This document shows positions 1-8,265 of a stretch of DNA of 63,861 bases, in pieces; within the stretch, counting starts at the first letter, position 1, and every line of letters starts with the position of its first letter. Source of the stretch: Halothiobacillus sp. (GTDB lineage Bacteria; Pseudomonadota; Gammaproteobacteria; Halothiobacillales; Halothiobacillaceae); the NCBI RefSeq assembly GCF_027346185.1, contig NZ_DAIESY010000042.1, positions 1-63,861 on the forward strand, in the 5' to 3' direction. Below the pieces are notes generated by a model. It saw only the letters and a list, made by a program, of their open reading frames with translations. It was not told where the DNA came from and did not search any database. The translations under genes were made by a program, and so were the position numbers.

Positions 1-139
1 GCTGAAAGCTGCGGCAACCGCGCACATGCAAGCACTGGAACAAGACCCGGAGCGCGTTAAAAAGTACTTCCAGGATCCACGCGTGAAATACGCCGCATGA
101 AAATCATGAAACTTCAAACTTCACTTGGCCGGATCAATA
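1..139 (+). mobile_element. Right end of an IS630-family insertion sequence (truncated by window edge)
   Basis: Frame 2 reads LKAAATAHMQALEQDPERVKKYFQDPRVKYAA* (stop 98-100), which resembles the C-terminus of IS630-family transposases. It is followed by ...CACTTGGCCGGATCAA|TA, ending in the TA dinucleotide (138-139) that IS630 elements duplicate. Confidence 0.75.
2..100 (+). CDS. IS630-family transposase, C-terminal 32 aa (partial)
   Basis: Open frame from the window edge to TGA at 98-100; C-terminal motif YFQDPRVKYAA. Confidence 0.7.
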   Translation: MKAAATAHMQALEQDPERVKKYFQDPRVKYAA

Positions 140-691
140 GCTCACCGACTGACAGCGCAATCTCGCGCTGGCTGAGCCCATGAGCATGACCGATTTGAAT
201 GGTGGCCCGCTCTTCAACGCAGAGTTTGGAGAAAAGTATTGGCAACACCCACCGGAAAAATCAGGTGTTGCCCTCAGTTTTTGCCGCCGCCGGCTCAGAA
301 CAAAATGATCAATGCATTGAAAGGCAGTGGCCTCTGTGTGACCCAGTAGAACCAGATTTCGGCCATGATGCAGAGCCGACACATCTTTACGCCAACAAAC
401 TATGGGAGATAAAGGTAGCAGCTAGCGCTGATGCCCAGCCCGGTAACTTGGTGCCGAGCTAAGGCCGACAGGTTCCGAAAACGAATCTCGTCGGCATATT
501 TCCTTGTAGCGTTTAGCTATGTGGATGAAAAAAGCCGGATCACCATGTGATCCGGCTTTATCAATAGCATGAATTGAGTTTTTGTTTCTGGTCAACGTAT
601 TGAGTCGAACACCAAGAAGCGGAGGATCGGGCAATTCATGGCCGGGGTTCGTTCCCTGTAAATGACATCAATCCGTAAACCCAATGGGACC

Positions 692-2395
692 TCATTTCGT
701 CTCGCGACTTCTCAAATATTCCGTTATGGCCGCTCGATCCCCGGCATCCGTGATGTAGAACGGGTGTTGAGCGCCAGAGCCTCGGGTTGGATCGAGCAGC
801 ATATTTAGTGCATCTGTGGTAGTGGTCCCACTGATCGACAGGTCATGCAGGAACTTGGTCTGCCCGTCCAGTCCAGCCAGTAACGGGACCGCAAACCCGA
901 CAGTATCGGCACGCACGCTGGCATTGAATACCGTCAACTCATTGTAGTAGCTCGGATCCGGGCCGTTATCCGTGCTGATGATCACATCACTCAGGGGTGC
1001 TTGGCGTGGGGCCAGTACCGTCGGGCTAAAGCTGGGGTACAGCTGAGCGAATGGCACAATGTCCGATGAGACCGGAGCGGAAGCACTGGCAGCGTGGCAG
1101 GTGGTGCAGTTCTGGTCGAACACCTGCTGGCCGCGAGAGACCATGGCGGCATCCAGATCGGTGGGCGCGCGGGGTGATTGCAGCTGGTCGGTGTACGCCG
1201 TCAGTGCCTCAAGTTTAGATTGATCGACCTGGTAGCCCAAAAAGCCCTTACCTGTAGCCGCTGATTGTACGAAGGGGTATTTGCCTTGCAAGCCGCTGTC
1301 GTCTAGTACTGCTACATAGCGATTGTAGATCTCGTCGCCCACGCCACCGGCCAGGCCTTCGAGTATCTGCTTACCCGGTGCCGTGGCCAAGATGGTCGGG
1401 TCGAGGCCCAATACATAGACAATGTTGTTGAAATCGTTTAGATCCGTATCGAAACCCGAGTGACCCCAAGGCGCTGTGAGATCCGTGCGGTAAAAGGGCG
1501 GTATTTCAGCGACATTATTCACACCATCCGGGAAGGCATCAAAGCCATCGACGGGATAATAACGTTTGCCTTGTGCATTGCTGCCGGTCAGATAGGTGCG
1601 TACTTCGGCATTGGTGTCGTCCTTGATGCCTGCATAGCCCGCCTGATTGGCCGCAGAAGCGCCACCAAGTGCCGCGAAGGCCAGTTGATACATGGGCAAG
1701 TAAGCGCGTGGATTGCCCGAGGCGGCAACGATGTTGCCGAAATCAAGCCCATTGGCTGCAGGGCCATCCACTTCAAGGCCGACCGAGCCCGGCATTTTGG
1801 CAAATCCGGCAGGTACGACTGAGTTGTCCGTGCGTGCGTGGCATAGAGCGCATGAAACACCCACGGAATCGCCGCGCGACAAGTCAAGGGTGTCTTTGGG
1901 ATTGTAGTCCGGGTCGCTGCCGAGTGGCTTGCGCGAACCGTCCGCCGCAAAAGGCACGACGCCAATGACCGCACCTTCGTTGATGAGCGCCAAGGTTACA
2001 CCAGGATCATTGAGCACGGTGGTTTTCGGGTCTGCCCCCGCCTGGATTTTAGCTAGGGCATCGGTCAAGGCCTTGGCGGTATCCGAGCTTAACGCAGCCG
2101 CGTTGACATTCAGTCCCAGTGATAAGGCGGCCAGCGGAGTGACACCAGCCGCGGCAAGTCCTTGCGGAAGTTGCATCGCTTGGGTCCAAAACCCCTGGTT
2201 ACCGAAGGTTTCGTAGCGAAAGGTTGTCTGACCGAGTGTCAACTGAGGATTAGTTTGCGGCGGTGGGTTTTGGGCGACCGGCGTTTGATCATTGCTGCTG
2301 TTGCAGCCTGAAAGAGTGACAAGACCGGACAGGATCAGGCCACTGAGAATGGCGGTTGCTAATCGGTGACGTTTCGGGGTAAGTGGGTTATTCAT
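692..2395 (-). CDS. Di-haem cytochrome c lipoprotein, uncharacterised (CCP/MauG/RoxA-like superfamily candidate)
   Basis: ATG at 2395 with AGGAG RBS; lipobox LSGC; two CxxCH motifs (CALCH 1838-1852, CTTCH 1094-1108); TAPWGHSG and KFLHDLS motifs; 567 aa. Confidence 0.8.
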   Translation of the reverse strand: MNNPLTPKRHRLATAILSGLILSGLVTLSGCNSSNDQTPVAQNPPPQTNPQLTLGQTTFRYETFGNQGFWTQAMQLPQGLAAAGVTPLAALSLGLNVNAAALSSDTAKALTDALAKIQAGADPKTTVLNDPGVTLALINEGAVIGVVPFAADGSRKPLGSDPDYNPKDTLDLSRGDSVGVSCALCHARTDNSVVPAGFAKMPGSVGLEVDGPAANGLDFGNIVAASGNPRAYLPMYQLAFAALGGASAANQAGYAGIKDDTNAEVRTYLTGSNAQGKRYYPVDGFDAFPDGVNNVAEIPPFYRTDLTAPWGHSGFDTDLNDFNNIVYVLGLDPTILATAPGKQILEGLAGGVGDEIYNRYVAVLDDSGLQGKYPFVQSAATGKGFLGYQVDQSKLEALTAYTDQLQSPRAPTDLDAAMVSRGQQVFDQNCTTCHAASASAPVSSDIVPFAQLYPSFSPTVLAPRQAPLSDVIISTDNGPDPSYYNELTVFNASVRADTVGFAVPLLAGLDGQTKFLHDLSISGTTTTDALNMLLDPTRGSGAQHPFYITDAGDRAAITEYLRSRETK

Positions 2396-2451
2396 GATTG
2401 AAAAGCTCCTTGGGTGTACGCGGTTGAAGAAGCGTCTGGCTCCAAGGTGTT

Positions 2452-2477
2452 TACGCAGCCCTTGTTGATTCGGATGC
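2452..2477 (-). promoter_or_regulatory. Candidate ECF-sigma promoter for the di-haem cytochrome gene
   Basis: Minus strand GCATCC-N16-CGTA about 55 nt upstream of the ATG; resembles TGATCC...CGTA-type ECF promoters. Confidence 0.35.
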
Positions 2478-2731
2478 GGGTGATCATGCGAATTTTTTAT
2501 GACAAAGACGAGGCGTCTTCGCTGACCGTCGATCCACCGGGTGAAACGACAGAATACGAAACGATGAATACGCTGTTGAGGCACAGCCTGTCCGATTGAT
2601 GAAACCCTCAGATGATCGTCGATGGATCGGGTTTAATCACTCGGGGTTGATGACACGAGTTGGAGGAAAGGGCAGATTCGGACCGAAAGGGTTCTCCCGC
2701 AACGCGTCGTGAAAAACCGCTAGATCATTAG

Positions 2732-2884
2732 GGAGGGTCAGCACAAATGCAGGCCTTCCCGTGCAGGGCATGGAGGCCCTGCCGCACAATGACGTAAGTC
2801 ATTGAAATGCTGAGCACAAGACGGGGGTGAACGCGCAGCTGGCGCAAGCCCACGAAGCCATGGATGGATTCGTGCAGAGGCTCC
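2732..2884. mobile_element. MITE family A, IS5-like, 153 bp
   Basis: Imperfect 17-bp terminal inverted repeats GGAGGGTCAGCACAAAT / ATTCGTGCAGAGGCTCC (13/17 match); flanked by the direct repeat TTAG (2728-2731 and 2885-2888); internal TAAGTCATTGAAA IHF-like site; no transposase. Confidence 0.7.
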
Positions 2885-4006
2885 TTAGGGATGTGCGTGG
2901 GTACAGGCGCCGCCACAATGACCCATCGGGCTGGTGTGGTCATCGTCGTCCCGTTCGGTAAATCCGGCAGGGATGAGAGGATGGATGCCAAGTTTGTCGA
3001 ACAGGGCACGGTCGCGGTTCTGATCGGCGTTGTCGGTGGTGAGGAGCTTGTCGCCGTAAAAAATGCTGTTCGCACCGGCGAAGAAGCCCCAGGCTTGCGC
3101 TTCATCGCTCATGCCCTCGCGGCCAGCGGAGAGGCGGACGTGCGAGGTGGGCATGAGGATGCGGGCGACGGCGACGGTGCGGATGAACTCGATCGGATCA
3201 AGAGCGGGGATGTCCGCCATCGGCGTGCCGGGGATGCGTACCAGCATGTTGAGTGGCACGGATTCCGGCGCGCGTGGCAGGTTGGCCAGCGTGGCCAGAA
3301 ACGAGGCGCGGTCCTCGCGTGATTCGCCCATGCCCAGAATGCCACCGGAGCAGACGTTGATGCCGCTGTTACGCACATGCGCCAGGGTGTCAAGACGATC
3401 CTGGAAATTGCGCGTGGTGATGACTTCGCCGTAAAACTCCGGCGAGGTATCGATATTATGGTTGTAGTAATCGAGCCCGGCTTCTTTCAAGCGGCCTGCC
3501 TGGGGCGCGGTGAGCATGCCGAGCGTGACGCAGGCTTCCATGCCGAGTTCTTTGACGACGCCAACCATGCTGATGACATTTTCCAGTTGCTTGTCGGTAG
3601 GGTTGCGCCAGGCCGCCCCCATGCAGAATCGGGTGGCTCCGGCTTCGCGGGCGCGTAGGGCGGATTCCCGCACTTCCGATAGGGGCAGCAGGCGCTCGCG
3701 TTCCAACCCGGTATCGTATTTCGAACTCTGTGCACAGTACGAACAATCCTCCGGGCAGGCGCCGGTTTTGATGGAAAGCAGGGTGCTGATCTGAACGGCA
3801 TTGGCGTCGAAATGCGCGCGATGGGTTTCGTGCGCACGGAACAAAAGATCGTTGAACGGCAGGTCGAACAGGGCGAGAACCTGGGGCAGATCCCAGGGGT
3901 TGGACGGTTTAGACAAGGGCAGCCTCACATGCAGGGAAGGATTGGTTTGACAGGTGATCGGTGATTCGTCTTTATTGGTTGTCTTCAAAGGGACGATGGG
4001 GTTCAA
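2885..4006 (-). CDS. bioB: Biotin synthase (radical SAM)
   Basis: CPEDCSYC radical-SAM motif, [37 protein letters not shown]. Start uncertain (TTG 4006 or a downstream GTG/TTG). Confidence 0.97.
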   Translation of the reverse strand: MNPIVPLKTTNKDESPITCQTNPSLHVRLPLSKPSNPWDLPQVLALFDLPFNDLLFRAHETHRAHFDANAVQISTLLSIKTGACPEDCSYCAQSSKYDTGLERERLLPLSEVRESALRAREAGATRFCMGAAWRNPTDKQLENVISMVGVVKELGMEACVTLGMLTAPQAGRLKEAGLDYYNHNIDTSPEFYGEVITTRNFQDRLDTLAHVRNSGINVCSGGILGMGESREDRASFLATLANLPRAPESVPLNMLVRIPGTPMADIPALDPIEFIRTVAVARILMPTSHVRLSAGREGMSDEAQAWGFFAGANSIFYGDKLLTTDNADQNRDRALFDKLGIHPLIPAGFTERDDDDHTSPMGHCGGACTHAHP

Positions 4007-4394
4007 TCACGCAATCGACCCATGTGTCATGATTGATCTTGTAAAGATCGTAAATCGTCCAAGGAATCAGAATCGCGGCCGCAATGGCCCAGATCACTAG
4101 ATAATAGGTAACGTTGACCGGGAAGAACACCGCCACTGCCACGGCGGTTCCGGCGACACCGTAGAAGCGGTAGGCTGCCCACTGGGTATAGTGGCCTACC
4201 TTGGGATTTGGGTGATGTTTGTTCAGCGCGTAAATCAGCATGGACATGCCCGTCCAGAAAATCGCGAGTGGCAGTGGGACGAGAACGGCAACCAGCGTTC
4301 CATAATTGAACCACTTGGCGGCTCTGCGCGAGGAAGCGCCGGAAACGATCTTGCCTTCTTCGCCGTCTTCGATGGCGTGGATAAATTCAGTCAT
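3972..4394 (-). CDS. Hypothetical integral membrane protein (about 3-4 TM)
   Basis: ATG 4394 with AGGGAG RBS; hydrophobic segments around [20 protein letters not shown]; overlaps the 5' end of the bioB ORF. Confidence 0.75.
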   Translation of the reverse strand: MTEFIHAIEDGEEGKIVSGASSRRAAKWFNYGTLVAVLVPLPLAIFWTGMSMLIYALNKHHPNPKVGHYTQWAAYRFYGVAGTAVAVAVFFPVNVTYYLVIWAIAAAILIPWTIYDLYKINHDTWVDCVIEPHRPFEDNQ

Positions 4395-4440
4395 GGGAAT
4401 AGGCTCCCTTATATATTGGTACATGGAGTATGAATGTAGC

Positions 4441-5199
4441 ATGAATCGACTGGCCGGACTAACACGGTTTCTGGTGCCTTCACCCTGCTACCTGTGCGGA
4501 ACGCCTAGTGTGGAGGACAACGGGTTATGCGCTCGATGTGCCAGCGATTTATCGGCTGATAAGAGAACCGTGCCGCACCGTTGTCCGCGATGCGCGATTC
4601 GGGTGAGTGAAGCCGGGCAACGTTGCGCCGCGTGCCTGCAGCATCCACCGCATTTCGATTTTGCTGTTGCGGGGCAGGATTTTAACGCAGCAAGCCGATA
4701 CCTGATTCATCAGTTCAAATATCGCAAGGACCCCGGTGTGCTTAATGCCTTGATGCAGCCGCTTTTCTTGTCTATCGAGCAGGCGTATGGCCGGCGTCAA
4801 GATGGTCTGACAAATAACCAATTAAAAGACTGGCCGGATGTATTGATCCCGATGCCCATTCATCCCGAGCGGCGGCAGGTTCGTGGATTCAATCAGGCAC
4901 GCCTGATTGCCGACCGAATCGGGCGGCGTTTTGATTTGCCCGTTCACGGAAAGGCGGTAGTGCGTTCAGGGTCCAGCGAATCTCAAAGCGGTTTATCTGC
5001 CATTGATCGCCGCAAAAGCCTGAAGAACGCCTTCGAGGTCAGGCAGGCTTTGCCCCGGCATGTCGTGATTGTTGACGATGTGATGACGACCGGTAGTTCT
5101 GCCGATGCCCTGGCGCATGCCCTTAAACGGTCAGGGGTGCGGATGGTCTCCGTCTGGGTATTGGCGCGTACGCCCGCGCCGGGTGATATTCCTCATTGA
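4441..5199 (+). CDS. comF: ComF/GntX family protein (double Zn ribbon + phosphoribosyltransferase)
   Basis: CYLC, CARC, CPRC, CAAC motifs; RGFNQA; IVDDVMTTGSS PRTase motif; divergent from bioB as is typical. Confidence 0.92.
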   Translation: MNRLAGLTRFLVPSPCYLCGTPSVEDNGLCARCASDLSADKRTVPHRCPRCAIRVSEAGQRCAACLQHPPHFDFAVAGQDFNAASRYLIHQFKYRKDPGVLNALMQPLFLSIEQAYGRRQDGLTNNQLKDWPDVLIPMPIHPERRQVRGFNQARLIADRIGRRFDLPVHGKAVVRSGSSESQSGLSAIDRRKSLKNAFEVRQALPRHVVIVDDVMTTGSSADALAHALKRSGVRMVSVWVLARTPAPGDIPH

Positions 5200-5392
5200 A
5201 CCCCAGCTGTTCCAGTTGTTTTTCAGTGTGTTCGTGTGCTTGAGTGCCGCCTGTCTTTGAGGTATCATCGCCGCCCTTATTTACTATTGCTTTGAATGCT
5301 GCAAAGTCCATGATCATTGTGGGCCGTTGTGGCGAAAGCGATCGAATCGAACAACCCACGAATTTTATGGGTAAAAACTCAAGGTATCACTC

Positions 5393-5638
5393 ATGAAACC
5401 AGACATTCATCCTAACTACCGTCCTGTCGTGTTTCAGGATCTGGCCTCCGATTTTGCCATGCTGACGCGCTCTACCATCCGCGCCAAAGAGACCATCAAG
5501 TGGACCGACGGCGAAGAATATCCGTTGGTGAAGGTTGAAGTCTCTTCTGCCAGCCACCCGTTCTACACCGGCAAGCGCATGGATTCCAGTACCGCCAAGC
5601 AAGTGGATAAATTCCGTAACCGCTACGGCAAGAAGTAA
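5393..5638 (+). CDS. rpmE2: 50S ribosomal protein L31 type B (Zn-independent)
   Basis: [16 protein letters not shown]...[13 protein letters not shown]...VDKFRNRY; 81 aa; no cysteines. Confidence 0.95.
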   Translation: MKPDIHPNYRPVVFQDLASDFAMLTRSTIRAKETIKWTDGEEYPLVKVEVSSASHPFYTGKRMDSSTAKQVDKFRNRYGKK

Positions 5639-5657
5639 TTCCGCGCGTTTCGACGCC

Positions 5658-6494
5658 ATGCTCAAAGCGTATAAAAAGGCACCCCGCTCGATTTGGCTGG
5701 GTGCCTTTTTTCTTTTTCTTGCCAGCGTATTTTCGTCATTCGTATCGGCAGAGGAGCAATGCCCACCGCCAAGAAACGCGATTTCCGCCACGGTGGCTTA
5801 CGTCGATGATGGCGACACCGTTCGGCTGACCAATGGCGATCGGGTGCGCCTGGCGGGTATCGATGCCCCCGAGGTGGCGCATCCTGCTTATGCTGATCGG
5901 GCCGCACGATCTTCAGAGCCATTCGGAGATGCCAGCCGTCAGGCATTGATGGCACTGTTGGCAACGTCGCACAACCGATTGCGCGTGCAATATGGCGCTG
6001 AGCCCGAAGATCGTTACGGCCGCAAGCTGGCCTATCTATATCGCCCCGATGGCAAATCCATTCAGGCCGATCTGGTCACGCGGGGGCTGGCGATGGCGGT
6101 GTACATGCCGCCGAACCTGGCACTCGCCGACTGCCTGACTTCAATTGAAAAAACGGCCCGTGATCACCACGCCGGTATCTGGTCGAACAGCGAATATGAT
6201 CCGGGTATCTCGACGGCAGAAGGCATCCCGGATGACGTGCAGGGCGCGGCCATCGTTCGCGGCAAGGTGGTCTCGGTGCACCGCAGTCGCAAAAACATAT
6301 GGATCAATCTGGAAGGCCGGGTGGCATTGCAGATTTCGGCTCGTGCCTGGGATCAGTTCCAAGGCATTGATTTTGATCGCTGGAAGGGGCGCGAATTGCG
6401 CGCGCGCGGCTGGCTGGTGCACACCAAAAGTCGCTATGAAGATTGGCGTATGCCGATCGAGTCACCCCGCTCCATCGAGCTCTTGGCGCGATAG
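5658..6494 (+). CDS. Exported thermonuclease (SNase-like) with probable C-terminal OB-fold
   Basis: Signal peptide; VDDGDTVRL...VRLAGIDAPE...DRYGRKLAY SNase motifs. Confidence 0.88.
   Translation: MLKAYKKAPRSIWLGAFFLFLASVFSSFVSAEEQCPPPRNAISATVAYVDDGDTVRLTNGDRVRLAGIDAPEVAHPAYADRAARSSEPFGDASRQALMALLATSHNRLRVQYGAEPEDRYGRKLAYLYRPDGKSIQADLVTRGLAMAVYMPPNLALADCLTSIEKTARDHHAGIWSNSEYDPGISTAEGIPDDVQGAAIVRGKVVSVHRSRKNIWINLEGRVALQISARAWDQFQGIDFDRWKGRELRARGWLVHTKSRYEDWRMPIESPRSIELLAR
5673..5716 (+). terminator. Intrinsic terminator of rpmE2, embedded in the nuclease signal-peptide codons
   Basis: AAAAAGGCACCC (5673-5684), 14-nt loop, GGGTGCCTTTTT (5699-5710), followed by TCTTTT. Confidence 0.7.
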
Positions 6495-6517
6495 GCCGAC
6501 GCGCAATCTATTGGAGA

Positions 6518-7459
6518 TCAGCTTTGGCCGTGTTCGGCCAGCCAGTCGCGCGGACGGAGGAATTCACGATAGAGTTCTGCCTCGGGGCTGTCTGGGGCGG
6601 GCGTCCAATCATAACGCCAGCGTACTTCCGGCGGCATGGACATCAGGATCGATTCGGCGCGGCCGCCCGATTGCAAGCCAAACAGCGTACCCCGATCATA
6701 GACGAGGTTGAACTCCACATACCGACCGCGTCGATAGAGCTGGAAGTCGCGTTCGCGTTCGCCGTAGGGCGTGTCTTTGCGCTTCGCCACAATCGGCGTG
6801 TAGGCGGGCAGGTAATGGTCGCCAACAGAACGCATCAGGCCGAAGGCCTGCTCGAAATCAATCTGGCCATCGGCGCCGTAATCATCGAAGAATAACCCGC
6901 CGACGCCGCGGGGCTCACTGCGGTGCTTGAGCCAGAAATATTCATCGCACCATTGCTTGAAGCGCGGGTATAACTCATCACCGAATGGCGTGCACGCTGC
7001 GCGGGACTGCTCATGCCAATGCACGGCATCTTCGGCAAAACCATAATACGGCGTGAGATCAAAACCGCCGCCGAACCACCATACCGGCTTTACGCCAGGC
7101 TTCTGCGCCTGGAAAAAGCGCACATTGGCGTGTGAGGTCGGTGCGTACGGGTTGCGCGGGTGAATGACCAAAGAAACGCCCAAGGCTTCGAAGCTGCCAC
7201 CGGCAAGGTCTGGGCGGTGCGCCGTGGCCGAAGGCGGGAGCTTCTGGCCGGTGACATGCGAAAAATTGATGCCCGCACGCTCGAATACCTCACCGCCCTC
7301 CAACACGCGGCCACGCCCCATGCCATTGAGCGCCTCTGTGCTTGGGCGCTGCCAGTCGTCGTTCAGAAAGCGGGTGGTGGATTCGAAGGCTTCAAGCCCG
7401 GATACGATCCGGTCCTGCAGGTCGATGAGATAGTCGCGAACGCGTTGAATGTCGGGCAT
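6518..7459 (-). CDS. hemF: Oxygen-dependent coproporphyrinogen III oxidase
   Basis: [57 protein letters not shown]. Alternative start at 7531. Confidence 0.97.
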   Translation of the reverse strand: MPDIQRVRDYLIDLQDRIVSGLEAFESTTRFLNDDWQRPSTEALNGMGRGRVLEGGEVFERAGINFSHVTGQKLPPSATAHRPDLAGGSFEALGVSLVIHPRNPYAPTSHANVRFFQAQKPGVKPVWWFGGGFDLTPYYGFAEDAVHWHEQSRAACTPFGDELYPRFKQWCDEYFWLKHRSEPRGVGGLFFDDYGADGQIDFEQAFGLMRSVGDHYLPAYTPIVAKRKDTPYGERERDFQLYRRGRYVEFNLVYDRGTLFGLQSGGRAESILMSMPPEVRWRYDWTPAPDSPEAELYREFLRPRDWLAEHGQS

Positions 7460-7643
7460 GGTTGGTTGGTCTCGTGATGTGTCCGCGCGCTGCGCGTGAC
7501 AAGGGCCAATATCATCATGGGTCGATATCATGGCCTAACATTATGGGTCGAGGAAGGCGTGTGATTATAACAGGTCGGGCAGACGCATTGGCGCGGCTGC
7601 AAGCTCTGGTTTGATCACTTGCGGCACGTTTCCGTGCCACCCG

Positions 7644-8201
7644 TTAACGTCGCAACCAGTCGCCGGTGCGCCAGTGTCGGATGGGGGTGGGTTGGGCTCG
7701 TGTATCGACCGGGCCGGTCAAAATCCCATCGAGTTGGTCATCGAAATATCGCCGAACGGCCAGAGCACTGCGCGCAGGTGGACACTGTGCGGGATTTGCA
7801 CTGGTGGACACGATGGCGGTGTTGGCTGCTTGGGCGAGGGCTGCAGCGACGGGGTGCGCGGTGACGCGGACAGCCACTTCATCCCGCCCGCCGGTAATCC
7901 AGTCCGGGGTGTTCTGACTGGCCGGCACCACCCAGGTGGATGGCCCCGGCCAATGGGCACTGATCCTGGCCAGTTCTTCTGAGGATAACGATATCCACGG
8001 ATGGATCTGCTCGAGGTTGGCGGCGAGTAGAATCAGGCCCTTGCGCCAGTCCCTCTGTTTGAGCGTCAGTATCCGCTCGACGGCGATCTCATCCAGCGGG
8101 TCGCAGCCCAGGCCGAATACCGCTTCGGTGGGATAGGCGATCACGCCGCCTTGAGAGACGATTTGGCCGGTAAGGCGAAGGCGAAAGGGGCTGTTGTGCA
8201 T
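7644..8201 (-). CDS. tsaC: Threonylcarbamoyl-AMP synthase (Sua5/YrdC)
   Basis: VIAYPTEAVFGLGCDP, KQR...KGLIL, STSAN. Confidence 0.95.
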   Translation of the reverse strand: MHNSPFRLRLTGQIVSQGGVIAYPTEAVFGLGCDPLDEIAVERILTLKQRDWRKGLILLAANLEQIHPWISLSSEELARISAHWPGPSTWVVPASQNTPDWITGGRDEVAVRVTAHPVAAALAQAANTAIVSTSANPAQCPPARSALAVRRYFDDQLDGILTGPVDTRAQPTPIRHWRTGDWLRR

Positions 8202-8265
8202 GATGAATTCGGTGATTGGGCTGGGTCAAATCATCTAATGCGCCAGGTTTTGGGCGCTTGCGCCC

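Noticed and set aside
134-634. Short ORFs between the IS630 end and the cytochrome gene
   Set aside because: No RBS or recognisable motif; cannot be supported as genes.
2414-2599. 61-aa ORF divergent from the cytochrome gene
   Set aside because: No RBS; overlaps the probable promoter; no motif.
3905-3953. Possible BirA operator near the bioB start (TGTCAAACC, TGTCTAAACC)
   Set aside because: The half-sites are in direct, not inverted, orientation and lie within the probable coding region.
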